A stretch of 63,161 nucleotides of DNA, the filler included, from Thermodesulfobacteriota bacterium (lineage in GTDB: Bacteria; DASVDK01): assembly GCA_036381125.1 (NCBI GenBank). It is 4 parts of 4 records of this genome, joined end to end, with 100 filler letters (N's around TTAATTAATTAA, not from the genome) between each part and the next. Parts side by side here need not be neighbours in the genome. Positions count along the whole stretch, not along the records: positions 1 to 16,058 come from DASVDK010000106.1; 3 more parts are not named here. The stretch is one strand, 5' to 3'. A model generated the notes under the pieces. The model did no database searches. It was not told the origin of the DNA and saw nothing but the letters and a program-made list of their open reading frames with translations. The stretch's first letter is position 1. Each line of letters begins with the position of its first letter. Below are positions 1 through 8,679 of the stretch, in pieces. The translations under genes and the position numbers were made by a program.

Positions 1-1009
1 CGACTCGCCCCGTCTCCGGCGCCGGCCGCCCGGCCAGCCCGAGCCTCTCCATCCGGTAGCGGAGCGTGTTGCGCGGGAGGCCGAGCCTGGCGGCCGCGCG
101 CGACAGGTTCCAGGTGGTGGCGGCGAGCGCCTCGAGGATGCGGGCGCGCTCGGCCTCGGCCGCGGCCTCGACGGCCGCCCGACGCGCTTCGGCGATCGAG
201 CCCGGGGGAGGGCGCGGGACGGCGGCGGCCGCGCCGGGGAGGCCTAGGCTGTCGGCGTCGACCAGGTCGGATTCCGCGAGGAGCGCGACGCGCTCCATGA
301 CGTTCGCCAGCTCCCGCACGTTGCCCGGCCAGGGATAGCCGCGCAGGGCGGCGCGCGCCGCCCGGCCGAGCGACTTGCGCGCGAGCCCGTAATCCTCGCA
401 GGCGCGCGCGAGGAAGTGCTCGGCAAGCCGCTCGACGTCCCCGTCCCGCTCGCGCAGCGGCGGCAGCCTGAGCGTCACGACGGCGAGGCGATGGTAGAGG
501 TCCTCGCGGAACCGGCGCGCGGCGACGGCGCGGCGCAGGTCGTCGCTCGCCGCGGCCACGACCCACGCGTCCACCGGCTCGCCGCGCGTGGCGCCGAGGC
601 GGCGGACCACCCGCTCCTCGATGACCTTGAGGAGCTTCGCCTGGAGCGCCTCCGGCAGGAGCGCCACCTCGTCGAGGAAGATCGTGCCGCGATGGGCGGC
701 CTGGAAGAGCCCGGCCTTGGCCTGCCGCGCGCCGGTGAAGGCGCCGCGCTCGAAGCCGAACAGCTCGGCCTCGAGCAGCGTCTCGGGGATGGCCGCGCAG
801 TTCACGTCGACGAAGGGGCCCGACGCGCGCGGGCCGGCACGGTGGAGGGCCGACGCGAGCAGCCCCTTGCCCGTGCCGGTCTCCCCCTGGATGAGCACCG
901 GGGGGAGTCGGGTCCCGCGCGTCGCGTAACGCACGAGGAGCCGAGCCGCCTGGTCGCGGACCGCGGCGATCGCCTCGCTCTGACCGAGGAGCTGACCGAG
1001 CGGGCTCAT
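1..1009 (-). CDS. sigma54-dependent enhancer-binding protein (AAA+ and Fis-type HTH, no N-terminal sensor domain), runs off the window edge
   Basis: Manual translation from ATG 1009: MSPLGQLLGQSEAI...VLIQGETGTGKG (Walker A), [21 protein letters not shown], and the HTH WNLSRAAARLGLPRNTLRYRM. No stop before position 1. Confidence 0.9.
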   Translation of the reverse strand, partial: MSPLGQLLGQSEAIAAVRDQAARLLVRYATRGTRLPPVLIQGETGTGKGLLASALHRAGPRASGPFVDVNCAAIPETLLEAELFGFERGAFTGARQAKAGLFQAAHRGTIFLDEVALLPEALQAKLLKVIEERVVRRLGATRGEPVDAWVVAAASDDLRRAVAARRFREDLYHRLAVVTLRLPPLRERDGDVERLAEHFLARACEDYGLARKSLGRAARAALRGYPWPGNVRELANVMERVALLAESDLVDADSLGLPGAAAAVPRPPPGSIAEARRAAVEAAAEAERARILEALAATTWNLSRAAARLGLPRNTLRYRMERLGLAGRPAPETGRV

Positions 1010-1126
1010 GGAGGCATCATACGCCTCCCCCGGGCGACGTGTCGAACGGTGTCGAAAACCGACGGGGCTCGACGGGCGGCCCGACCGGGCCGCGACACAA
1101 CCGGGCGAATTCGCTCGGTCTCGCGA

Positions 1127-1143
1127 TCGGCATCCCCCTTGCG
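1127..1143 (+). promoter_or_regulatory. putative sigma54 (-24/-12) promoter for the MFS gene
   Basis: CGGCATCCCCCTTGCG has GG-N10-GC spacing. It lies just upstream of the MFS RBS and is divergent from a sigma54 activator gene. Confidence 0.55.
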
Positions 1144-1175
1144 ACTGGCCGCACCGTACCGGAGGCCCCGCCGCC

Positions 1176-2357
1176 ATGTCGAGCGTTGCCGTCGTCGCCG
1201 GCTGCCTCATCGCGCTCGTCTCCTTCGGCGTGCGCAGCAGCGTCGGCCTCTTCACCGAGCCGATCAGCGCGGCCCACGGGTGGGGACGCGAGGTCTACGC
1301 GCTGGCCATCGCCATCCAGAACCTCGTCTGGGGCCTCGCGCAGCCGCTCGCCGGCGCGCTCGCCGACCGGTACGGTTCGGCGCGTGTGCTGGCCGTGGGC
1401 GGCCTGCTCTTCGCCGCCGGCACGGCGGTCGCGGCGCTCGACGTGTCACCGCTCGGGCTCTACCTCGGCTGCGGCGTCCTCGCCGGGCTCGGCATGAGCG
1501 GGGCCGCCTTCGCGTCGGTCCTCGCCGCGCTCGGTCGGTCCGTGCCGGAGGCGCGGCGGTCGTGGGTGCTCGGCCTCGCGACGGCCTCCGCGTCGCTCGG
1601 GCAGTTCCTCGTCGTGCCGCTCGCCGAGGCGGTGACGGCGGCCCTCGGCTGGCGGGCCGCGGTCCTCGCCCTGGCGGCGCTCGCCGGCGTCATCCCGCTG
1701 CTCGCCGCGAGCTTCGGCGGCGCGACGGCCGGCCCCGCGCGGCGGGACCCCGACGGCTCGGCGCTGGCCGCCCTGCGGGAGGCCCTCGGCCACCGCAGCT
1801 ACGCGCTGCTCGTGGGCGGCTTCTTCGTCTGCGGCTTCCAGGTCGCCTTCGTCACCGTGCACATGCCGCCCTACCTGGTGGACGTCGGCTTCGGGGCGGC
1901 GATGGCCGCCTGGGCGCTCGCCCTGGTCGGGCTCTTCAACGTGGTGGGCGGGTACGCGTCGGGCGTGCTCGGGGGGCGCCGCTCGCGGACGCGGCTGCTG
2001 TCGGGGATCTACCTCGGACGGGCCGTGGCCATCGGCGCCTTCGTCCTGTTGCCGGCCTCGCCGACGACGCTCGCGGTCTTCTCGGCGGCGCTCGGGATCC
2101 TCTGGATGTCGACGGCGCCGCTCACCTCCGGGCTCGTCGCGGCGCTCTTCGGCACGCGGCACCTCGCCACGCTGTTCGGCGTCGTCTTCCTGGGCCACCA
2201 GGTCGGCGCGTTCCTCGGCATCTGGCTCGGCGGGGTCGTGTTCGCCTGGACCGGGTCCTACGACGTCGCCTGGTGGCTCGCGGCGGGGCTGGCGATCGCG
2301 GCGGCCATGGCGCACGTCCCGATCCGCGACGCGCGCGCGGTGCTGCAGACGGCATGA
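1176..2357 (+). CDS. MFS transporter
   Basis: About 12 hydrophobic segments, MFS motif A GALADRYGSARV, and a GGAGG RBS before ATG 1176. Confidence 0.9.
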   Translation: MSSVAVVAGCLIALVSFGVRSSVGLFTEPISAAHGWGREVYALAIAIQNLVWGLAQPLAGALADRYGSARVLAVGGLLFAAGTAVAALDVSPLGLYLGCGVLAGLGMSGAAFASVLAALGRSVPEARRSWVLGLATASASLGQFLVVPLAEAVTAALGWRAAVLALAALAGVIPLLAASFGGATAGPARRDPDGSALAALREALGHRSYALLVGGFFVCGFQVAFVTVHMPPYLVDVGFGAAMAAWALALVGLFNVVGGYASGVLGGRRSRTRLLSGIYLGRAVAIGAFVLLPASPTTLAVFSAALGILWMSTAPLTSGLVAALFGTRHLATLFGVVFLGHQVGAFLGIWLGGVVFAWTGSYDVAWWLAAGLAIAAAMAHVPIRDARAVLQTA

Positions 2358-2545
2358 CCGCGCATCCGCACCGCTTCGCGCTGGTCCTGCTGGCGGCCGT
2401 GCTCGTCGCGTGGCTCGGCGCGATGCGCGGCATCACCCTGGCCGGCGGCTCGGCGGCGAGCCTTCCGGCACCCGGCGCCTCGCTGCCCATGTGCGGGCAC
2501 GCCGCGCCGGCAGCTCCGTTCACGACGGGTGGAGAGACACGATGA
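2354..2545 (+). CDS. small single-TM or secreted hypothetical protein
   Basis: MTAHPHRFALVLLAAVLVAWLGAM...; ATGA overlaps with both flanking genes indicate translational coupling. Confidence 0.55.
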   Translation: MTAHPHRFALVLLAAVLVAWLGAMRGITLAGGSAASLPAPGASLPMCGHAAPAAPFTTGGETR

Positions 2546-3309
2546 GCAAGCTCACCGCCATCGAACGCGCCGTCCGGCCGCTCGCGCAGTCGCAGGAGCC
2601 TCGGCCGGACGCCCTGATCGCGGCCTTCGCGCACGAGCTGCGGACGCCGCTCGCCTCGATCACCTGCGGCATCGCCCTCCTCGAGCAGAGCCTCGCCAGG
2701 GTGATGGACGAGGAGAGCCGCTACGTCCTGGCCCTCGTCGGCAAGGAGACCAGGCGGATCTCGACGCTCGTCCACGACTGGCTCGCCCTCGGCCGGGCCC
2801 GCGCGGTGCGGCGCGCGGCGACCGACCTCAACCGGCTCGTCGTGGACGCCGTGGCCATCGCCCGGCGGAGCCGCCCCGGCGGCGAGCCGATCGCGATCGA
2901 GGTCGCGCTGGACGCGGGGATCCCCCACGCCCCGGTCGACGCCGAGCAGATGACGCAGGTCCTCCTGAACCTCCTGGTCAACGGCCTCGACGCCTGCCGG
3001 GTCGCCCTCGGGGGCGCGGCCGAGCCGCGCCTGCGGGTCTCCACGGCGTGGCGCGGCGGCGAGGGGGGCGGCTGGACGATCCGCGTGGCCGACACGGGGC
3101 CCGGGATCGACCCGGCGGACCTGACGCGCGTCTTCGAGCCGTTCTTCTCGCGCAAGCCCGACGGGACGGGGCTCGGCCTCGCCATCAGCCGCCGCATCGT
3201 CGAGGCGCACGGCGGGCGCATCCGGGCCGAGAGCGGCGGGCCCGGGCGGGGCAGCGTCTTCACGATCGTCCTGCCGGCCGGCGCCGTCCCGGTGGGGGAC
3301 GCGGAGTAG
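2542..3309 (+). CDS. histidine kinase (HisKA + HATPase_c only)
   Basis: H-box FAHELRTPL, N-box QVLLNLLVNGLDA, G1 DTGPGI, F-box FEPFFS, G2 GTGLGLAI. Confidence 0.9.
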   Translation: MSKLTAIERAVRPLAQSQEPRPDALIAAFAHELRTPLASITCGIALLEQSLARVMDEESRYVLALVGKETRRISTLVHDWLALGRARAVRRAATDLNRLVVDAVAIARRSRPGGEPIAIEVALDAGIPHAPVDAEQMTQVLLNLLVNGLDACRVALGGAAEPRLRVSTAWRGGEGGGWTIRVADTGPGIDPADLTRVFEPFFSRKPDGTGLGLAISRRIVEAHGGRIRAESGGPGRGSVFTIVLPAGAVPVGDAE

Positions 3310-3419
3310 AGGCCCGCCGGCGCGCGCGCCTTCGTCTCCGCCGCCCGCCGGGGGGCGCCTCGGGGGCGGTGTCCGGCGCCTGCTCGGCGTCGAGGGTACG
3401 CGTGCGCGGTGTCTGCTGC

Positions 3420-3625
3420 TCGCCCGCCACGAGGGTCGGGACGTGGACCTTCGAGATCGGGTTCGCCGGGTTCTTCTGGTAGTGCTGGAGCAGCCGCGGG
3501 TAGGGATCGTCGTGGAGGTCCTGCGTGGGGCGGCCCGGGATCACGTCGGTCTTGCCCTGGAGGATCTCGTCGGGGTCCTTGCCGTGGATGAGGTCGAGGA
3601 GCTGCGAGAACCGGCTGCTCCTTCT
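3420..3625 (-). pseudogene. orphan protein-coding fragment of unknown origin
   Basis: Coding-like codon usage (FSQLLDLIHGKDPDEILQGKTDVIPGRPTQDLHDDPYPRLLQHYQKNPANPISKVHVPTLV) with no credible start. The flanks are non-coding-like. Confidence 0.35.
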
Positions 3626-3768
3626 CGTGCCCGGCGCTCGCGAACGCGAGGCGGTGCGCGATCGGGAGCGGGCCGGGTGCCGCGAGCGTGCCTCGCGGGT
3701 GGAAGCGGCGAGAGGCCGGGATCCGGCCGGCGCTCGGGACGGCGCCGGCCGCCGGCGTCGAAGAGGAA

Positions 3769-3819
3769 GGGATCAGGCCTCGACGCGTTCCAGGCTGGAA
3801 AACGGAATGGCCTGACCCC
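3769..3819. repeat. degenerate copy of the GGGGTCAGG...CCTGACCCC REP-like element
   Basis: GGGATCAGGCC...GGAAAACGGAATGGCCTGACCCC resembles the copies at 13226 and 57472. Confidence 0.6.
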
Positions 3820-3838
3820 GGGCGCGGGGGCGCCCCCG

Positions 3839-4354
3839 TTACCGACCCGCGGCGCGCACCTCCAGGGCGAGCTTCGGCGGGCGGGCGAGCGTCTGGAAGA
3901 CGACGCAGTAGCGTTCGGTGAGCCTCGTGAGCGTATCGATCCGCTCCTGCGGCTCGTCGGTGTCGAGGTCGAACCGCAGGCGGATCTCCCGAAAGCCGAC
4001 CGGCGCCTCCTTCGAGACGCCGAGCGTGCCGCGGAAGTCGAGGTCCCCTTCGGCCGAGACCGTGCCGCCGCGCAGGTTCACGCCGAGCGCCGTCGCCACC
4101 GCCTTGAGCGTCACGCCGGCGCAGGCGACGAGCGCCTCGAGCAGCATGTCGCCCGAGCAGGCCTGGAGGCCGCTGCCGCCGGTGGCGGGGTGAAGGCCTG
4201 CCTCGACGAGGGCCCGGCCCGTGTCCACCTTGCAGGCGATCCCCTCGGCGTCGAGGGCTCCCTTCGCGCGCAGCGTGATCATCGCCGCCCCGGGGTCGAC
4301 CTTGTAGCGCTCCTTGAGGGGCGCCTGCAGCGCCCGCAACTCGTCGGCGTTCAT
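3839..4354 (-). CDS. OsmC/Ohr family protein
   Basis: Two-Cys pattern DMLLEALVACAGVT...TERYCVVFQTL and the motif GDLDFRGTLGV. Confidence 0.85.
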   Translation of the reverse strand: MNADELRALQAPLKERYKVDPGAAMITLRAKGALDAEGIACKVDTGRALVEAGLHPATGGSGLQACSGDMLLEALVACAGVTLKAVATALGVNLRGGTVSAEGDLDFRGTLGVSKEAPVGFREIRLRFDLDTDEPQERIDTLTRLTERYCVVFQTLARPPKLALEVRAAGR

Positions 4355-4364
4355 CGTGGCCTCC

Positions 4365-5144
4365 TCATGCCCCGAGCCCCGTGGCCCCGACGGGGAAGGG
4401 CTCGTCGCCTTCGGGCCGCATCGTTCGGTTCAGCTCGATCAGGAGGCGGCGCTTCCACTCGTGGAAGTCGCGCTGGGCCCGGTCGCGGGGCCGGGCGAGC
4501 GGCGGCGCGACGATCGTCCGCACCCGGCCGGGGGCGGGCTGCATCACGACGATCCGGTCGCCCAGCATGAGCGCCTCCTCGATGTCGTGCGTGACGAGCA
4601 GCATGGTCGGGCCGTCGTAGGCCCACAGCTCGAGCAGGTGTTCCTGGAGGTCGTAGCGCGTGAGCGCGTCGAGGGCGCTGAAGGGCTCGTCGAGCAGGAG
4701 CACCTCGGGCCTGCCCACCAGGGCCCGCGCCAGGGACACGCGCTGCGCCTGCCCCCCCGACAGCTCGCGCGGCCAGTGCCGCGCGTAGCCCGCGAGGCCG
4801 ACGCGCGCGAGCGCCTCCGAGACCCGCGTCCGGCGCTCGGCCGCCGGCAGGTGGCGGATGCCGAAGGCGACGTTCTGTTCGATCGTGAGCCACGGCATGA
4901 GCCGCGGCTCCTGGAAGACCACGCCGATCTCGGGACGGGGCGCGGTAACGGGGGTGCCGTTCAGCTCCACGCGGCCGGCCGTGGGGGTGTCGAGCCCCGC
5001 GACGAGCCGCAGGAGCGTGCTCTTGCCGCAGCCCGATCCGCCGACGATGCAGACGATCTCGTGCGGCCCGACCGTGAGGTCGAGGCCCTGGAGGGCGAGC
5101 CGGCCGTTGGGGTACCGTCTGGCGAGCTGCGAGAGGACGAGCAC
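4365..5144 (-). CDS. ssuB: aliphatic sulfonate-type ABC transporter ATP-binding protein
   Basis: GGSGCGKST, VFQEPRLMPW, LSGGQAQR and LLLDEPFSALD. Confidence 0.85.
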   Translation of the reverse strand: MLVLSQLARRYPNGRLALQGLDLTVGPHEIVCIVGGSGCGKSTLLRLVAGLDTPTAGRVELNGTPVTAPRPEIGVVFQEPRLMPWLTIEQNVAFGIRHLPAAERRTRVSEALARVGLAGYARHWPRELSGGQAQRVSLARALVGRPEVLLLDEPFSALDALTRYDLQEHLLELWAYDGPTMLLVTHDIEEALMLGDRIVVMQPAPGRVRTIVAPPLARPRDRAQRDFHEWKRRLLIELNRTMRPEGDEPFPVGATGLGA

Positions 5145-5156
5145 GGGGCGCGCCTC

Positions 5157-5987
5157 CTACTCGGCCGGCTTGAAGGCGTCCTGCCAGCGCAGGACGCGGC
5201 CCGAGACCGAGGCGAGGAGCTGATCCGTCAGCTTCCCCAGGAGGGCGAAGGCCACGATGGCGGCCAGGATGGTGGCCGGCCGCCCGGTCATCTGCCCGTC
5301 CACGAGGAGGAAGCCGAGGCCCGCCTCCGCGCCCATGAACTCCGCCGCCACGACGAACATCCACCCGAGGCCGAGACCGGCGCGCAGCGCGATCAGGTAG
5401 GTCGGCAGCGCCGCCGGCAGGAGGACGCGCGCGATCATCTCTCGGTGCGAGAAGCGGAAGACGCGCGCCACCTCGACGAGCTTGCGGTCGACGCCCATGA
5501 TGGCGCCGGAGAGCGCGAGGTAGATCGGGAAGAAGACCCCGACGGCGATGAGGATCACCTTCGACGTCTCGAAGATCCCGAACCAGAGGATGAAGAGCGG
5601 CACCCAGGCGATCGAGGGGATGCTGCGCAGCGCCTGCAGCGTGGGGTCGAGGAGTCGGCGCGCGAGCGGGAAGTAGCCGGTGACGGCGCCGAGGAGGGTG
5701 GCCGCGAGCACGCCGAAGACGAAGCCGGCCGCCACGCGCCAGAGGGTGGCCAGGACGTGGTCGCGAAGCTCGCCCGTCCTGGCGAGGTCCCAGAGCGCGC
5801 CCGCCACGGTCCACGGGGTCGGCAGGAGACGGCCGTCGGCGAGCCCCGCGGCGACCGCCGCCTCCCACCCGACCGCGAGGCCGACCGGCAAGACGAGACC
5901 GAGGAGCCACCGACCGCGCGGCCGGCCGGCCGCTCCGACGGCGGCGCCGGGCTCCGCGAGCGCGCCGTGGGCCGCGTCGGCCCTCAC
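5157..5987 (-). CDS. ssuC: aliphatic sulfonate-type ABC transporter permease
   Basis: LRSIPSIAWVPLFILWFGIFETSKV, VDRKLVEVAR and WMFVVAAE. The GTG start overlaps the upstream stop. Confidence 0.85.
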   Translation of the reverse strand: MRADAAHGALAEPGAAVGAAGRPRGRWLLGLVLPVGLAVGWEAAVAAGLADGRLLPTPWTVAGALWDLARTGELRDHVLATLWRVAAGFVFGVLAATLLGAVTGYFPLARRLLDPTLQALRSIPSIAWVPLFILWFGIFETSKVILIAVGVFFPIYLALSGAIMGVDRKLVEVARVFRFSHREMIARVLLPAALPTYLIALRAGLGLGWMFVVAAEFMGAEAGLGFLLVDGQMTGRPATILAAIVAFALLGKLTDQLLASVSGRVLRWQDAFKPAE

Positions 5988-6964
5988 CGCACCCCCAGCT
6001 TCCGCACGAACGACGAGTCGATCAGGTCCGCCGCGGCCCTGGCGACGTCGACGTGCGCGGGGATCACGCCGGCCTTCTGGAGCGCGAGGCCGGCCTCCTC
6101 GATCGTCTTGCGCTGGCGATCGCCGATGGCGGCGGTCGTGAGGTCCGTCCGCTCGAGCTGTCGCGCGGCCACCGCGTCGGACTGCCTGGTCTGCTCGGCC
6201 AGGAGCCTGCGCAGGTCGGCCGGGTTCTCGCGGGCCCACGCGCGGGCCCGCTCGTAGGCCCGGATCACCGTCAGGACCAGGTCCGGGTGCTCGGCGGCGA
6301 ACTCCTCCCGGGTGTTGAGCACGCCCCACGTGTTGAGGTCGGCGTTGCGGTAGAAGAGCCGCGCGCCGCTCTCGAGTTCCGACTGGGCCATCATCGGGTC
6401 GAGGCCGGCCCACGCGTCCACGTCGCCCTTCTCGAGGGCGAGCCGACCGTCCTGGTGCTGGAGCAGGACGACCCTCACGTCCCGCTCGGAGAGCCCGTGG
6501 TCGGCGAGCGCCCGCATGAGGAAGATGTGGGGGTCGGTCCCCCGCGTGGCGGCGATCCGCTTGCCCTTGAGATCGGCCACCGTCCGGATCGGCGAGTCCT
6601 TGCGCGCGACGAGCGCCGTCCACTCCGGCCTGGAGTAGACGTAGATGGACTTGACCGGCTGGCCGTTGATCCTGGCGAGGAGCGCCGCCGCGCCGGCCGA
6701 GGAGCCGAAGTCGAGGCTGCGCGCGTTGAGGAACTCGAGGGCCTTGTTCGAGCCGAGCGAGAGGACCCAGCGGACCTTGATGCCCTCCTTCGCGAGCATC
6801 TCCTCGAGCCAGCCTTTCTCCTTGAGGACGAGGCTCGTCGGGCTGTAGTAGGCGTAGTCGATGCGGATCTCGGACGGCCTGTCCGCCGCGACGGCGGACG
6901 CCGGGCCGATCGCGGCCGCGGCGGCGAGCGCGATCAGGACCCCTCTGCGCGTGGCGTGTCTCAT
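5984..6964 (-). CDS. ssuA: aliphatic sulfonate ABC transporter substrate-binding protein
   Basis: Signal peptide MRHATRRGVLIALAAAAAI, then IRIDYAYYSPTSLVLK, GSNKALEFL, DLKGKRIAATRGT and DAWAGLDP. Confidence 0.85.
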   Translation of the reverse strand: MRHATRRGVLIALAAAAAIGPASAVAADRPSEIRIDYAYYSPTSLVLKEKGWLEEMLAKEGIKVRWVLSLGSNKALEFLNARSLDFGSSAGAAALLARINGQPVKSIYVYSRPEWTALVARKDSPIRTVADLKGKRIAATRGTDPHIFLMRALADHGLSERDVRVVLLQHQDGRLALEKGDVDAWAGLDPMMAQSELESGARLFYRNADLNTWGVLNTREEFAAEHPDLVLTVIRAYERARAWARENPADLRRLLAEQTRQSDAVAARQLERTDLTTAAIGDRQRKTIEEAGLALQKAGVIPAHVDVARAAADLIDSSFVRKLGVR

Positions 6965-7127
6965 CGGTGTCTCGTCTCCAGTCGTGGGTCGGACCCGGGC
7001 GAAACGGCGACGCCCCCGGTGGCCTCGCGCGGAGGTCCGGGGGCGTCGTGACGAGAACCGCTCTCGAAGACTGCCGGACGGCCGCGCGTGGCGACGCGCG
7101 GGAGGGCCGTGCGGTTCGTGGCCCCTG

Positions 7128-7226
7128 TTACGCCACCTCACCACAGGCCGGCCCGCGCATGGGCATGCGACACGCACACATCCGGCGGCGCATGGCACGG
7201 CGGTTCCGGGCGAGGGTGGCAGGCAT
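7128..7226 (-). CDS. putative Met/Cys-rich leader peptide (32 aa) of the ssu operon
   Basis: MPATLARNRRAMRRRMCACRMPMRGPACGEVA* with a GGAG RBS. It sits between a sigma70 promoter and the ssuA start. Confidence 0.55.
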   Translation of the reverse strand: MPATLARNRRAMRRRMCACRMPMRGPACGEVA

Positions 7227-7251
7227 GGGCAGCTCCGACTCCTGGCGGCCC

Positions 7252-7280
7252 ATCATGGCGGGCGGCCGCTCCGCTGTCAA
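7252..7280 (-). promoter_or_regulatory. sigma70 promoter of the leader-ssuACB-osmC operon
   Basis: TTGACA-N17-CATGAT on the minus strand. Confidence 0.7.
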
Positions 7281-7372
7281 GCCGCCGGGCGGGCCGCCGC
7301 CCCTTGGCGACGGGGCGGCCGCCTGTTAGGCTGACCGCGCTGTCCAACTACCCGACTACAGGGAGGCGAGAC

Positions 7373-7534
7373 ATGGCGGGACTCTTCGGCATCTGGAACT
7401 GGCAGACGCGTCAGCCGGGCGCCGGCGAGCGGACGATCGCGGCCTGGATCATCCTCCTGGCCGCCCTGGCGTCCACGGCGGCCCTCATCCTCGGGGTCGC
7501 CGGCCTGATGTTCACGTTCGTCCCCACGCACTGA
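7373..7534 (+). CDS. small single-TM protein (53 aa)
   Basis: GGGAGG RBS; MAGLFGIWNWQ...AWIILLAALASTAALILGVAGLMFTFVPTH. Confidence 0.65.
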   Translation: MAGLFGIWNWQTRQPGAGERTIAAWIILLAALASTAALILGVAGLMFTFVPTH

Positions 7535-7553
7535 GCGCCGCGGGGCGGCCGGG

Positions 7554-8543
7554 CTACCTCGGCGTCAGCGGCGGCTCGTCCATGAGGGCCACCTGCTCGC
7601 GCAGCTCGAGGATCCGGTCCTGCCAGTAGCGGTGGGTGTTGAACCAGGGGAAGGCCGCGGGGAAGGCGGGGTCGTCCCACCGCCGGGCGAGCCAGGCGGA
7701 GTAGTGGATCATGCGCAGCGTCCTGAGCGCCTCGACGAGGTTCAGCTCGCGCGCATCGAACTCGAAGAAGTCCTCGTAGCCGGCCAGGACGTGGCCGAGC
7801 TGCCGCTCCATGGCGGCGCGCTCGCCCGCGAGCAGCATCCAGAGGTCCTGCACCGCCGGTCCGGTCCGCGCGTCGTCGAAGTCCACGAAGTGGGGCCCGT
7901 CGTCGGTCCAGAGGACGTTGCCCGCGTGGCAGTCGCCGTGCAGCCGGATCTGCCGCACGTCGCCGGCGCGCTCGTAGGCCCGCCGGACGCCGTCGAGCGC
8001 CAGGCCGACGACGCCGGCCCAGGTGTCGACGAGGTCGGGCGGGACGAAGCCGTGCGCGAGCAGGTAGTCGCGCGGCTCCTCGCCGAAGCTGGCCAGGTTG
8101 AGGGCGGGCCGGTGCCGGAAGGGGCGTCGCGCGCCGACCGCGTGGATCCGCGCGACGAAGCGGCCCATCCACTCGAGCGTCTGCGGGTCCTCCAGCTCGG
8201 GCGCCCGGCCGCCCCGCTTCGGGAACACGGCGAAGCGGAAGCCGTGCGCCTCGTGCAGCGTCCGGCCGCCGATGGCCAGGGCGGTGACCACCGGCAGCTC
8301 GTGATCGGCCAGCTCGCGCGTGAAGGCGTGCTCCTCGAGAATGGCGGCGTCGCTCCAGCGCCCCGGCCGGTAGAACTTGACGACGACGGGCGGCCCCTCC
8401 TCCATCCACACCTGGTAGACGCGGTTCTCGTAGCTGTTGAGCGCGAGCAGGCGCCCGTCGCCGCGAAGCCCGAGGGCGTCGAGGGCGTCCAGGACCGTGT
8501 CGGGCGTGAGGTCGGCGTAGGGATGCGGCGCGGCGGATTCCAT
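7554..8543 (-). CDS. srkA: stress response Ser/Thr kinase SrkA (RdoA/YihE)
   Basis: LNSYENRVY, KFYRPGRWS, RLHGDCHAGNVLW, DFDD and RRWDDPAFPAAFPWF. Confidence 0.93.
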   Translation of the reverse strand: MESAAPHPYADLTPDTVLDALDALGLRGDGRLLALNSYENRVYQVWMEEGPPVVVKFYRPGRWSDAAILEEHAFTRELADHELPVVTALAIGGRTLHEAHGFRFAVFPKRGGRAPELEDPQTLEWMGRFVARIHAVGARRPFRHRPALNLASFGEEPRDYLLAHGFVPPDLVDTWAGVVGLALDGVRRAYERAGDVRQIRLHGDCHAGNVLWTDDGPHFVDFDDARTGPAVQDLWMLLAGERAAMERQLGHVLAGYEDFFEFDARELNLVEALRTLRMIHYSAWLARRWDDPAFPAAFPWFNTHRYWQDRILELREQVALMDEPPLTPR

Positions 8544-8679
8544 GCCGAGCATTGTACGCGGTCGGCGCCGTTCGGCCCGTGTGAACCCTTGCGGCCTCGG
8601 CGATGAAGCCCCTGCCTGTTGCCTTTGCCGGAACGAGGGGGCTATAAGACGCCGATCCCCGTCGACCGGAGGAGATCGG

